A stretch of 64,000 bases of DNA, taken from NCBI GenBank assembly GCA_020632915.1, contig JACKEP010000023.1, positions 1 through 64,000 on the forward strand, read 5' to 3'. Shown here piece after piece: positions 12,469 through 23,000 of this stretch. Position 1 is the stretch's first letter. Every line of letters begins with the position of its first letter. The position numbers were made by a program, and so were the translations under genes. The stretch is from Alphaproteobacteria bacterium. GTDB lineage: Bacteria > Myxococcota_A > UBA796 > GCA-2862545. The notes under the pieces are model-generated. The model ran no database searches, was not told the origin of the DNA, and saw only the letters and a program-made list of their open reading frames with translations.

Positions 12469-13035
12469 ATGGCGACCATGCCGTCCTTCGTTCGCCATGT
12501 CCTCGCGATCCTGCTCGCCCCCTGGGCGCCGTCCGTGGCGGCCTGGGCCGGTGACGCACCGGCGCACGACGACGCAGCGGACGTCGAGGCCGTCGCCCCC
12601 CACGACGCGAGCGACCACGTCACCGGGCCGGCGTCCGCCGACGCCGTGGACACCCGCACCTGCGATCACGAGCACCCCGCCGTCGAGGACGACGCCGCCA
12701 TGGTCTCGCAGGAGCCGCAGCACCTGGGCACCAACTGCTCCTACGTCACGGGGCTGATGCTTCGACGCGTCCTCGATCGCGGCGAGCCCGTCACGCTGGT
12801 GGCGTCGCTTCGTGCGGCTGAGGATCTGGACACGGAGGTCGCGGCGCCGTACGTCGTCGGGCCCGAGGACTACCGAGTCCTCGCCAACGCCGTGCTCGAC
12901 AAGGTCGTCGCCGGGCTCTCCTCGCCCGACAGCTCCCTGGAGATCACGGGCAGGACGCTGACCCGCCAGGGCGTGCGGTACCTCGCCATCGAGAGGGCCT
13001 TCCCGGCCACCTCGCCCGCGCCGGCCTCCCCGTAG
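12469..13035 (+). CDS. secreted hypothetical protein (188 aa)
   Basis: ATG start with signal-like MATMPSFVRHVLAILLAPWAPSVAAWAG. Proper GC3 codon bias including rarer codons. No domain recognised. Confidence 0.45.
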   Translation: MATMPSFVRHVLAILLAPWAPSVAAWAGDAPAHDDAADVEAVAPHDASDHVTGPASADAVDTRTCDHEHPAVEDDAAMVSQEPQHLGTNCSYVTGLMLRRVLDRGEPVTLVASLRAAEDLDTEVAAPYVVGPEDYRVLANAVLDKVVAGLSSPDSSLEITGRTLTRQGVRYLAIERAFPATSPAPASP

Positions 13036-13102
13036 GTCGGACAGGTTCCCGCCGCCCCGTTCGCCGACACCCCACGCGGGTCCAGGCTGCGCGTTTCGCA
13101 TC

Positions 13103-13561
13103 TTGCCAACCGCCCCGGACGGGTCGACAATGACCCTGGGGCTGCGGCGCGCGCCGCGCTGGGAGGCCATCATCGAAGGCAAGGAGCTGGCGGACGTCGT
13201 CCTCGCGACCGCCTTGGACAAGAAGGCGCTCGACCCCGCGGTGCTCGCGGTGGCCGATGTGGTCGGGTACGCCGACTACTTCGTGATCGTCAGCGCCCGG
13301 AACGCGCGGCAGGTGCGCGCGATCGCCGACGAGGTGCGTCAGGTGATCAAGCACAAGCACGGCCGCCTGCCGGTGGGTGTCGAGGGCCTGGAGACCTGCC
13401 GTTGGGTGCTCGTCGACTACGGCGACGTGGTGCTGCACGTGTTCCAGGAGGGCACGCGCGGCTTCTACGACCTCGAGGGCCTGTGGGCCGATGCCCCGCG
13501 CCTGCCCGTGCCGCAGGACGACGCGCCCGGCGCCCACCCGCCGCTGTTCACGCTGCCGTGA
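13103..13561 (+). CDS. rsfS: ribosome silencing factor RsfS (Iojap family)
   Basis: LATALDKKALDPAVLAVADVVGYADYFVIVSARNARQVRAIADEV...WVLVDYGDVVLHVFQEGTRGFYDLEGLW is the typical RsfS core. Start may be the second ATG at 13130. Confidence 0.8.
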   Translation: MPTAPDGSTMTLGLRRAPRWEAIIEGKELADVVLATALDKKALDPAVLAVADVVGYADYFVIVSARNARQVRAIADEVRQVIKHKHGRLPVGVEGLETCRWVLVDYGDVVLHVFQEGTRGFYDLEGLWADAPRLPVPQDDAPGAHPPLFTLP

Positions 13562-13603
13562 GCGCCTGCGCTGCCGTGAGCGCATGATGCGGGCGCACAC
13601 CCG

Positions 13604-14068
13604 GTGAAGCTGCGGCTGCTCACGGTCGGCAAGGGCAGCACGCCCTGGGCCGACACCGCCGTCGACGACTACGGCAAGCGGCTGCGACGCTTCGGCGGCA
13701 TCGAGGAGCGCACGCTCAAGCCCGAGCCGTTCCGGGGGGACGTCGAGGCCGTGCGGGCGGCGGAGGCCGATCGCATCCTCGGCGCCATCGGTCCACGCGA
13801 CCGCCTGGTGTGCCTCGACGAGCGCGGGGAGGCCCCCGACACCGACGCCTTCGCCGAGCTGCTGCGCGAGGGGCTGGAGGAGGGCGGTGGCGCGCTGGTG
13901 TTCGCGATCGGTGGGCCCTACGGCCACGGCCCGGCCGTGCGGGCCCAGGCGTGGCGCGTGGTGCGGCTGTCGGCGCTCGTGCTCAACCACCAGATCGCGC
14001 GGGTGGTGCTGTACGAGCAGCTCTACCGGGCGATGACGCTGCTGCGCGGCGGGTCCTACCACCACTGA
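13604..14068 (+). CDS. rlmH: 23S rRNA (pseudouridine1915-N3)-methyltransferase RlmH
   Basis: SPOUT/RlmH family length and motifs: KLRLLTVGK...LVCLDERGE...ALVFAIGGPYGH...VRLSALVLNHQIARVVLYEQLYRA. Confidence 0.85.
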   Translation: MKLRLLTVGKGSTPWADTAVDDYGKRLRRFGGIEERTLKPEPFRGDVEAVRAAEADRILGAIGPRDRLVCLDERGEAPDTDAFAELLREGLEEGGGALVFAIGGPYGHGPAVRAQAWRVVRLSALVLNHQIARVVLYEQLYRAMTLLRGGSYHH

Positions 14069-14200
14069 GCGTCGCGGGGACGGGTGCGCGCACCCGGTCC
14101 GGGGCCCGGCGGTGACGCCGCGACGACGATCCCGTGGTCGGCTACGCCCGTCGGGCCCGCCGTGGTACGGACGTGCACGCTCCACGGTCCCGAGGCTCCC

Positions 14201-15415
14201 ATGCGCATCCTGTTCGCCGACAAGCTCGCCCCGCTGGCCCGCCAACGGCTGGAAGAGGCAGGCCACGACGTGATCGTCGACGCGGCGCTCGCCGACGACG
14301 CGCTCGTGCAGGCGCTGGCCACGCACGATCCCGACGCGCTGGTGGTGCGCTCCACGAAGGTGCGCGCCGCGCACCTCGAGGCCACGTCCCGCCTGTCGCT
14401 CGTGATCCGGGCCGGCGCGGGGGTCAACACCATCGATCTGGCCACGGCCGGTCGGCGCGGCGTGTTCGTCGCGAACTGCCCGGGCAAGAACGCGGTGGCC
14501 GTCGCCGAGCTCACGATGGGCCTGCTGCTGGCCCTCGACCGTCACCTCGCCGACAACGTCGTCGACGCGCGCAACGGCGTGTGGAACAAGGGCGCCTACA
14601 GCCAGTCCGAGGGGCTCAAGGGCCGCACGATCGGCATCCTGGGCATGGGTGGCATCGGCGCCGAGGTCGCGCGACGCGCGCGCGCGTTCGACATGCAGGT
14701 CGTCGCGTGGTCGCGGTCGCTCACCCCCGCGGCGGCCGAGCTGCTCGGCGTGCGCTGGGCGGGGTCGCCGATCGAGGTGGCGCGTCAGGTCGACGTCCTG
14801 TCCGTGCACCTCGCGCTCACGGCCGACACCCGCGGGCTCGTGGGCGCCGAGCTGCTCGCCGCCCTGCCCGACGGCGGCATCGTGCTCAACACGTCGCGCG
14901 CCGAGGTGATCGACGAGGCCGCGCTGCTCGCCGAGGTGCAGGCCGGTCGCCTGCGCGCGGGCCTCGACGTGATCGTCGCCGAGCCCACCGGCAAGTCCGG
15001 CACGTTCGACGATCCGCTGGCACGCCACCCGGGCGTGGTGTTCACCCACCACATCGGCGCGTCCACCCAGGAGGCCCAGGACGCCGTCGCCGCCGAGGTC
15101 GTCCGCATCCTCACCACCTACGACCGCACCGGCCGCGCGCCCAACTGCGTCAACCTCGAGACGGAGACGGCCGCCACCCACCAGCTCGTCGTGCGCCACC
15201 TCGACAAGGTGGGCGTGCTCGCGAGCGTGCTCGACGAGCTGCGCAAGGCCGACCTGAACGTCGAGGAGATGGAGAACACCATCTTCGCCGGCGGTGCGGC
15301 GGCCGTGGCGCGCATCCAGGTCGCCGCCGACCCCGCCCATGTGGTCGACGCCGTCTCGGCCCTGCCCCACGTGCTCCACGTGGCGGCCCTTCCCCTCGAT
15401 CGCCGCGCTCGCTGA
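14201..15415 (+). CDS. serA: D-3-phosphoglycerate dehydrogenase with C-terminal ACT domain
   Basis: 2-hydroxyacid dehydrogenase motifs GAGVNTIDLATA, GRTIGILGMGGIGAEVARRA and HHIGASTQEAQ. C-terminal ACT-like VVRHLDKVGVLASVLDELRKADLNVEEM. Confidence 0.9.
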   Translation: MRILFADKLAPLARQRLEEAGHDVIVDAALADDALVQALATHDPDALVVRSTKVRAAHLEATSRLSLVIRAGAGVNTIDLATAGRRGVFVANCPGKNAVAVAELTMGLLLALDRHLADNVVDARNGVWNKGAYSQSEGLKGRTIGILGMGGIGAEVARRARAFDMQVVAWSRSLTPAAAELLGVRWAGSPIEVARQVDVLSVHLALTADTRGLVGAELLAALPDGGIVLNTSRAEVIDEAALLAEVQAGRLRAGLDVIVAEPTGKSGTFDDPLARHPGVVFTHHIGASTQEAQDAVAAEVVRILTTYDRTGRAPNCVNLETETAATHQLVVRHLDKVGVLASVLDELRKADLNVEEMENTIFAGGAAAVARIQVAADPAHVVDAVSALPHVLHVAALPLDRRAR

Positions 15416-15428
15416 CGCGGGAGGTCCC

Positions 15429-16511
15429 ATGAGCCGTCAACACAACTTCTCAGCCGGTCCGGGCGTGCTGCCCGAGTCGGTCGTCCAGCAGACCCAGGAA
15501 GCCCTCTGGGAGCTCGAGGGCTGCGGTCAGGGTCTGGCCGAGACGTCCCACCGGGGCAAGGCCTTCGACGCCGTGTTCCAGCGCTGCAAGGACCGCGTGC
15601 GCACCCTGCTGGGCCTGTCGGAGGACCAGGAGGTGCTGCTGCTGCACGGCGGCGCGCGCACCCAGTTCTACCAGATCCCAATGAACCTGCTCCGCGGCGG
15701 CACGGCGGCCTACCTCGACACCGGGGCGTGGTCCCACTACGCGATCGAGGACGCGCGGCGCTTCGGTGAGGTGGTCGTGCCGTGGAGCAGCCGCGAGCAG
15801 GGCTACGACAGCGTGCCCGCCGCCGGCCAGTGGGGCAGCGTGCCCGCCGGCACGCGCTACCTGCACTACACGTCCAACAACACCATCGCCGGCACCGAGT
15901 ACGACCACGTCCCCGAGGTCGACGGCACCTGGCTCGTCTGCGACGCCAGCTCGAACATCCTGTCGCGCCCGATCGACGGCAGCCGGTTCGACCTGCTCTA
16001 CGCGGGTGCCCAGAAGAACCTCGGCACCTCGGGCGTCACGCTCGTGGTGATCCGCAAGGCGCTCGTGGAGGCCGGCGACAAGGACCTGCCCCCGATGCTC
16101 CGCTACGACAAGCAGGTCGCCAAGGACAGCATGCTCAACACGCCGTGCACGGTGGGCATCTACGTGGTCGAACGCGTCCTGGCCTGGATCGAGGCGCAGG
16201 GTGGCGTGGCCGCGGTCGACGCGCGCAACGACCGCCAGGCGGCCGCGGTCTACGGCACCATCGACGCTACCGGCTTCTGGCACGGCAAGGCCCAGCGGGC
16301 GTCGCGCAGCCGGATGAACGTCACGTTCACCACCGGCGACGACGCGCTCGACGCGCGCTTCGTCAAGGAGGCCACCGCCGCCGGGCTGCACGGCCTCAAG
16401 GGCCATCGCTCGGTGGGCGGCCTGCGCGCGAGCCTGTACAACGCGCAGACCGACGCGGCGGTCGATGCGCTGGTCGCGTTCATGAAGGACTTCGAGCAGC
16501 GGGTCGGCTGA
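15429..16511 (+). CDS. serC: phosphoserine aminotransferase
   Basis: MSRQHNFSAGPGVLPESV...GLAETSHRGKAF...LLLHGGARTQFY...YAGAQKNLGTSGVTLVVIRK is class-V aminotransferase/SerC-like. Adjacent to serA. Confidence 0.9.
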   Translation: MSRQHNFSAGPGVLPESVVQQTQEALWELEGCGQGLAETSHRGKAFDAVFQRCKDRVRTLLGLSEDQEVLLLHGGARTQFYQIPMNLLRGGTAAYLDTGAWSHYAIEDARRFGEVVVPWSSREQGYDSVPAAGQWGSVPAGTRYLHYTSNNTIAGTEYDHVPEVDGTWLVCDASSNILSRPIDGSRFDLLYAGAQKNLGTSGVTLVVIRKALVEAGDKDLPPMLRYDKQVAKDSMLNTPCTVGIYVVERVLAWIEAQGGVAAVDARNDRQAAAVYGTIDATGFWHGKAQRASRSRMNVTFTTGDDALDARFVKEATAAGLHGLKGHRSVGGLRASLYNAQTDAAVDALVAFMKDFEQRVG

Positions 16512-16526
16512 CCCTGGAGGTGGCGC

Positions 16527-16901
16527 ATGGCCGAGACGGACAACGACGAGGCGTTCGGCTTCGACGAGGAGCCCGGGCTCGATCCCGACGACCTGGTCAC
16601 GCTCGCCGACGCCGACGGCGTCGAGCAGGTCTACCTGGTGCTGGCGGTGCTCGAGCACGAGGGGCGCACCTACGCGGTGCTCACGGCCCAGCTCGAGGGC
16701 GACGAGGACGGCGAGACGTCGGGCGACCTGATGGTCACCTGCTACGACGAGGCCCAGACGGGCGCTGCGCGCTTCTCGCCGCTGGACGACAGCGACGTGC
16801 TCGACGCGCTGGGCGAGATCGTCGCGCAGCTGGTCGGCTTCGAGGCCGACGATCCGGACGTGCTGTCCCCGGTGCTCGGCGGACCGGTCGCCCAGGCCTG
16901 A
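16527..16901 (+). CDS. DUF1292-family small acidic protein
   Basis: Pattern DADGVEQVYLVLAVLEHEGRTYAVL...DLMVTCYDE is characteristic of DUF1292. Confidence 0.55.
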   Translation: MAETDNDEAFGFDEEPGLDPDDLVTLADADGVEQVYLVLAVLEHEGRTYAVLTAQLEGDEDGETSGDLMVTCYDEAQTGAARFSPLDDSDVLDALGEIVAQLVGFEADDPDVLSPVLGGPVAQA

Positions 16902-17003
16902 TCCGACGGCGTCGTCGCCGGTACCGACCCGGCGGCGACGACCTGCCCCCCGTGCCTTATACTCGCGCTTCCGGCGCCCTCGGGGTGCGGTACGGGGTGT
17001 GAT

Positions 17004-20000
17004 GTGACGTTCGTGGCCAGGGGCAACGGGGTACCGGCGCCGCCCGCACCGTTCATCGGGCGCACCGACGCGCTGGACTGGCTCACGCGCCACGTCCGCG
17101 CCGGCGCTCGCGTGGCCGTCACCGCTGCCGGGGTCACGGGCGTGGGCCGCACCGCGCTGGTCCAGGCCTTCGCCCGCGACGCGCAGTTCGACACCGCGCT
17201 GTGGTGGTCCACGTGCCTCGACGGCAACCGGCCCCACCTGGCGCTGCGCCGGTGGGCGATGCGCTGCGGCCTGCCCGTCGACGGCGTGGGCACGCTGCCG
17301 GGCCTGCTGCAGGCAGTCGCGCTCGGCCTGCCCGACGCGGGCACGCTGCTCGTGGTGATCGACGGCGTCGACACCGGCGACGTCGACGCGGTGCTCGAGG
17401 TGCTCTCGGCACTGCCCGAGGACGCGGCCGTGCTGCTCACCACGTCCACCGCGGCCGTCGCCGAGGCGCTCGACGCGCGCACGCTCGTGCTGGCGCCGAT
17501 GCACGACGACGACGCGCGCGCCCTGCTGGAGGCGGTCGCCGACGAGCGGATGCCGCCGATGGTGGTCCACACGGTCCTCGAGGCCGCCGACCGGCTGCCG
17601 CTGGCGCTGCGCGTGGTCGCGTGCCGGATGCGCGGCACCGACCCCGACGAGGCCACCGGCATCTGGGGGCTGCCGCCTGCGCCGGGTGCCGTGGCCCGCC
17701 TGGGCGGCAACCTCGCGCTCGCCCGCGCCACGCTGCTGGTGCTCGATCGCGCGTCCGACGCCACGGCGCGGGTGTTCCGCGCGCTCGGGGTGCTCACCCA
17801 CGGACCGATCCAGCCGGCGCGCGTGGCGTCGCTGCTCGAGATCAGCGAGGCGAGCGCGTTCGACCACCTCCACCAGCTGGTCGAGCTCGGCCTGGTCGTC
17901 GGCGCGGGCGGCGTCGGTCGCTGGCAGGTCCACACGGCCCACCTCGAGCACGCGCGCAACCTGCTCGCGGTCGAAGACGAGCTCGACGCGCTCTACCTGG
18001 CGCGGGTGGCCGAGGCCGTGGAGTCCGAGGGGGCTCCGAGCGCCGGCTTCGGTCCGCTCGACCTGCTCGACACCTTCGAGCGCGCGATCCGTCGGGGCGA
18101 CGTCGACCACCTGGTGGCGCTCGCGATGCACGCCGCGCCGGCCGTCTCGGGCTGGTGCCACGAGGCCGCCCAGGAGCTGGTCGCGGCGGCGATGGCCGCG
18201 GCCGAGGCCGCGTCCCACCCCGAGGTCGACGAGATCGCGGCGCAGATGATGCAGCTCGACGCCGTCGCGGCGGTCGCCGTGGCCACGCTCGAGGTCGCGC
18301 CGCTGCGCGACGACGCCGTGTCCCCCTCCACCGACACCGCCGACGACGCCGAGTGGGTCGACATCGTCGAGCTGTCCGGCGGGGTGGGTGACGACGCGCG
18401 CGCTGCCGTGGAGGTCGTCGACCTCGACCTCGACGACGACCCGTCCAAGGTGGAGCCGGTGGTGGCCGTGGAGCCGATCGAGCGCGTGCCCGCCGAGGTG
18501 AGCGGTGCCGTCCCGGTCGTCGAGGTCGAGGAGCTCGACGCGCCCGACGAGCTGTCGCTGGTCGACGAGGCCTCGGTCGACGACGTGTCGAGCCTGCCCC
18601 TGGAGCCGCTCGACAACGAGATCACCACGCTCGACGACGACGAGGTCGCCACGCAGGCGATCTCCACCGCCGCGATCGAGGCGGCGATGGCCGCCGCCCG
18701 CGGACGTCCGCGCCCCACGCCCGCGCCGGCACCGGCGCCGGCACCGGTCGAGCCTCACGAGGCCTTCCTGCGCGAGCACGGCCTGTCGCTGGTGTGGCCG
18801 GTCGACGCCCTCGACGCCCCGTCGGGCTCTCCCGAGCAGGACGGCCCCACGCAGATCTTCGACATCGGCCGCATGATGGCCTTCGTGCGCGGCGCCCAGT
18901 CCGAGCAGGCCCGCGACGCGGCCGTCGACCGGGCGCGCGTGGCGGCCGAGGCGGCCACCGCGCTGCACGCCCGCGCCGTCGAGCTGGTGCAGGGCATCGT
19001 CGCCGCCGAGCCCACGTCCGACAGCTGGCGCGACGCCCGCGCGCGTCTGCTCGGCAGCGCCCGCAAGCTCGCCGAGCACGTCCGCAGCGCGCGCGCCGCG
19101 GCGTCGGCCGCCACCGACGCCCCCGAGGCCGCGTCCGCCCGTCGGGCGTCGGAGCGCGCCGAGCGTGCCCACGAGGCCGCCATCCGGGCGATGGCCGTCG
19201 TCGAGCGCGCGTGGACCGACGCCGAGGACGCCCGCGTCGAGGCCGTCGAGTCCCGCGCCCGCGCGGTCGCCGCCGTCCACCGCGCCCGCAGCGACGCCGC
19301 GCTGGCCCGGCAGGGGGTCGAGGAGGCCGAGCGTCGCGTGCAGGCCGGCAAGGACACCGCCGGCCCGTCCGTCGCGGAGGCCTTCGACGAGGTCGACGCC
19401 GCGCTCGGTCGCGCCCGGGCCGCCGCCGAGGAGGCGGGCGTGCTCGCGTCCCAGGTCGACGCCGGCGACATCGATCCGGAGATCGGCGCCGCCGAGGTCG
19501 CCCGCCTGCGCACCGCGGCCGACGACGCCAGCGCCCAGGCGGTGGAGCGTCTCAGCCGCTCGGCGCGCAACGTCCGCGCCGAGCAGCGTCGGCAGACCGT
19601 GCTGGAGGAGGCCCGCGAGCAGGCCGAGCGCGTCGACCGCGACGCCGCGTGGATCGCCTCGCTCGGCGTCGAGATCGAGGGCCTGCTGCGCGACCGCGAC
19701 GACGTCGAGGCCAAGGACCTGCGCGGGCGGCTGCGCGAGCTGGTCGGCAACGTCGAGCGCCACCGGGTGCGCGCCGCGGAGGCCGTCGAGGAGCTCCAGA
19801 TCGCTGCCGAGCGGGGCTGGCGTGAGCTGCTCGACCACGTCGCCGCGGCGGGCCGCGCCACCACCGACGGCCTGCAGGAGGCCGAGCGCCTCCGCGCCGA
19901 CGTCGACGCGTGGGCGGCCCTGGAGGTCGAGGCCTCCGAGGACGTCGTGCTCGCCGGGCTCCAGGCCGAGGCGGCCACCGCGCTCGCCGGGCTCGAGGCC

Positions 20001-23000
20001 ACCGCCGCCGTCGCGTGGCGTGCCGCGTCGCGCGCCCACCAGGCCGCGGCCCACCACGAGGGCGGCCTCGTCGACGCCATCGGTGCCCTCAAGGAGGGCG
20101 AGCTGCGCCTGCGCACGGCGGTCGAGCAGGCACGCCAGGGGCTGCGGCAGGTGATCGACGCCCCCGAGCTCGCCGTCGCGCGCGCGCGCTGGACCGAGGC
20201 CGGCGTGTGGATCGAGGACGCGGAGGACGCGAGCGCCGAGTCCCGCGCCCTGGCCGAGGCCCTGCTCGAAGCGGCCGACGCCCGACGTCGCGCCCACGTC
20301 GACGAGCAGGTGGCGCAGGGCGAGATCATCGCCGCGCGCATCGACGCCGTCATCCAGAGCGCCCGGTCCGCCGCGGCCGAGGTGCGCGAGCTCGCCGAGG
20401 ACTTCCCCGACGAGCCCACCGAGGCGCTCGGCACGCTCGCCGCGATCGAGGCGCGGGTCGAAGACACGGGTGCCGCCGTGCACGACGGCGTGCAGCGCCT
20501 GCGCCGTGCCCGCGACGGCGACCTCGCCGAGCGGCTGGTGGCCGCCATCTCCGAGGCCGCCGAGCTCGTCTCCGGTCAGCTCGCCGAGATCGAGCAGGTG
20601 CAGCTCCAGATGCGCTCGCTGCACGAGGTCCGCTTCGACCCGGGCTACCGCCGCCAGCAGGCCGAGGACGTCCTCGACGAGGCCCGCGCCGCCATCGCCG
20701 CCGCCCGCGCCGAGGTCGACGCCGTGCGCACCGACGCCGGTCCGGCGATCGAGGTCGTCGCCACGGCGCTCGGCGAGTCGGTGAGCGAACTCGACGGTGC
20801 CAGCGCCCTGCTCGACGCCGCGCCCGACCTCGGCGACGCCGCAGGGGGATGGGACGCCGCGTTCGAGGAGCTCGTCGCGCGCGCCGACGCCGTCACGCGC
20901 CTCACCGAGCGGGTGCGCCAGGCCACGCTGTCGGCGCGGTCGCTCCTCGCCATGGTCCAGCAGCGCCGCAAGGACGAGGTCGCCGACGCCCGCGCACGCG
21001 CTGCGGCCCCCTGGGACGAGGCGATCGCCGAGGCCCGCGCGGTCATCGGCCAGCTCGTCGATCCGCCCGACGTCGACGACGCGTGGCCCGTGCCCGTCGG
21101 GCGCATCCACCTCGCCTGGCAGCAGGCGATCGACGGGGTCCACGGCGCGCTGGTCGCGCTGGAGACGCTCGCGGCGCGGGTCGAGGACGGCGACGACGGC
21201 GCGGCGCTGCTGCCCCGGGTCGCAGCCCTGCGGGCCCAGGTGGAGGCCGAGGCCGATCGCGCCCGCCGCCGCGCCGACGACCTGACGGCGTCGGTGGCCG
21301 CGTGGCACGAGCACCGCCGGGCACGCGCCGTGGTCGACGACGCCCGTGTGGCCGTGGCCGACGAGGCCGCCACGCTGGTCGACCCGGGCGTGAAGCTGTC
21401 GTCGCTCGACGACGCGGACGACGCGCCCGCGCCTGCGACCGTCCCCGAGCCCGTGGTGGCGCCTGTCCCAGCGACCGCGCTCGCGACGGAGGTGCCCGAT
21501 GTCGACATGGCCGACGACGCCACCGTGATCGAGCCGATGGAGGTCGAGCTGTCGGCCGACCCGGTGACGTCCGGCGTGTCGTTCGAGGAGGTCGACGTCG
21601 AGGTGCTCGACGCCACGGCGATCGCGGCCGCCCCCACCGCGTCGGACGCGCTCCGGGCCGGCCTGCAGGACGCTGCGCTCCGCGCCGCGCTGTCGGCGGA
21701 CGAGGTGGCCTCGCTGGCGCGCGACGCCGCCATGGAGGTCGCCGAGGCTGGCGTCGACGACGTGGCCCAGGTGGCGGCACTGGAGGCGCTCGCCACCCAC
21801 ACCCGTTCACTGGCCGACGGCGTCGAGGCGCAGGTGGCGTCGCCGTCCGACGCCGTGCCGGCGGCCGAGCAGCTCGCCGCGGCCGAGGCGGCCTGCGACG
21901 CCGCGGAGGCGGCGCTCCTCGACGCGCGCGAGCTCCACGCCCAGGCCAGCGAGGCCGTCGCCTCGGCGAGCACCCTGCGCCTGCAGGGCCACCGCCGTGC
22001 GGCACGCGCCTGCCTGGACGAGGCGAACCAGGCGCTCGCGGTGGTGCGCGATCGCCACGACGCCGCGGTGCGCGAGGCCGCGTCCGCCGACGACCCGGCC
22101 GCCCTGGCTGCCGACGTCGACGCCCTCGCCGCCCTGCGGGCCGACGCCGAGGCCCACGCCGCGCAGGTGCGCGAGGCGGTGGAGCGCTGCCAGGGCGACG
22201 ACGAGCAGGTCGCGCACGATGCGGCCCTCGACGCCGCCGCGGCCGTCGCGTCGATGCTGCGCGCGCCCGACGAAGCGGGGCGCCTGCTCGACGCTGTGCA
22301 GGCGGTGGCCCGTGCCCAGCTCACCGCGCGCCTCGACGACGCGCGCGGTCGTGCCGACGTGGCGGGCGACCAGGCGGAGGCGGCCCGGCAGGCGGCGTCC
22401 GAGGCGCTCGCGTGGGTGCGCACCCTGCGCACCGAGCTGGGGGAGCGCGCCCCCGAGGCCGCCGTGGCCGTCGAGCGCGCGTCCCACACGGTCGCCGATG
22501 CCGCCGACGTGACGACGGCCCACGTGGCCACGGTGCGGCAGTCCGGTTCGGCCACGCAGGCGCTGGCGTCCGCGGAGCACGCGGTGCGCTCGGCGTCGGG
22601 CCTCGCGGGCGTGCTGGCGTCGATGGACGCAGCGCGCCGGATGGCCGAGGCAGCAGCGGCGCCGATCCGGGAGGCGGTGGCGCGGGAGCAGGCCGCCGAG
22701 CGTGCCCGCCGCGGCAACGCGGTCACGCAGGTGCAGGCGGCGATCGACGCCGTGCGCGTCGGGCGTGAGGTGGCAGACGGCCTCGTCGCGCCTCAGGCCC
22801 GGGCGACCGGCCTGCTCGAGGAGATCGACGGCGTGGTCGAGGCGCTGGCGGACTGGCGACGCGACGTGCGCGGGGTCGCTGCGGGCTGGCGCGCGCCGTC
22901 CGTGCGCGCGGCCGTGGTCGACGCCCAGGCCGCCATCGACGCCGCGTGGGCGCTGCATGCGCAGGTGGTGGCGGCGGTCCACGCCGCCACGCGCGCCACG

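Noticed and set aside
12944-15430. 828-aa minus-strand ORF
   Set aside because: It is antisense to rsfS, rlmH and serA.
15450-21800. 2,116-aa minus-strand ORF spanning serC, DUF1292 and most of the giant gene
   Set aside because: It is antisense to several plus-strand genes with clear homology. Its composition (G/R/V/D/H runs) and its GC1/GC2 codon pattern are typical of a GC-driven shadow ORF.
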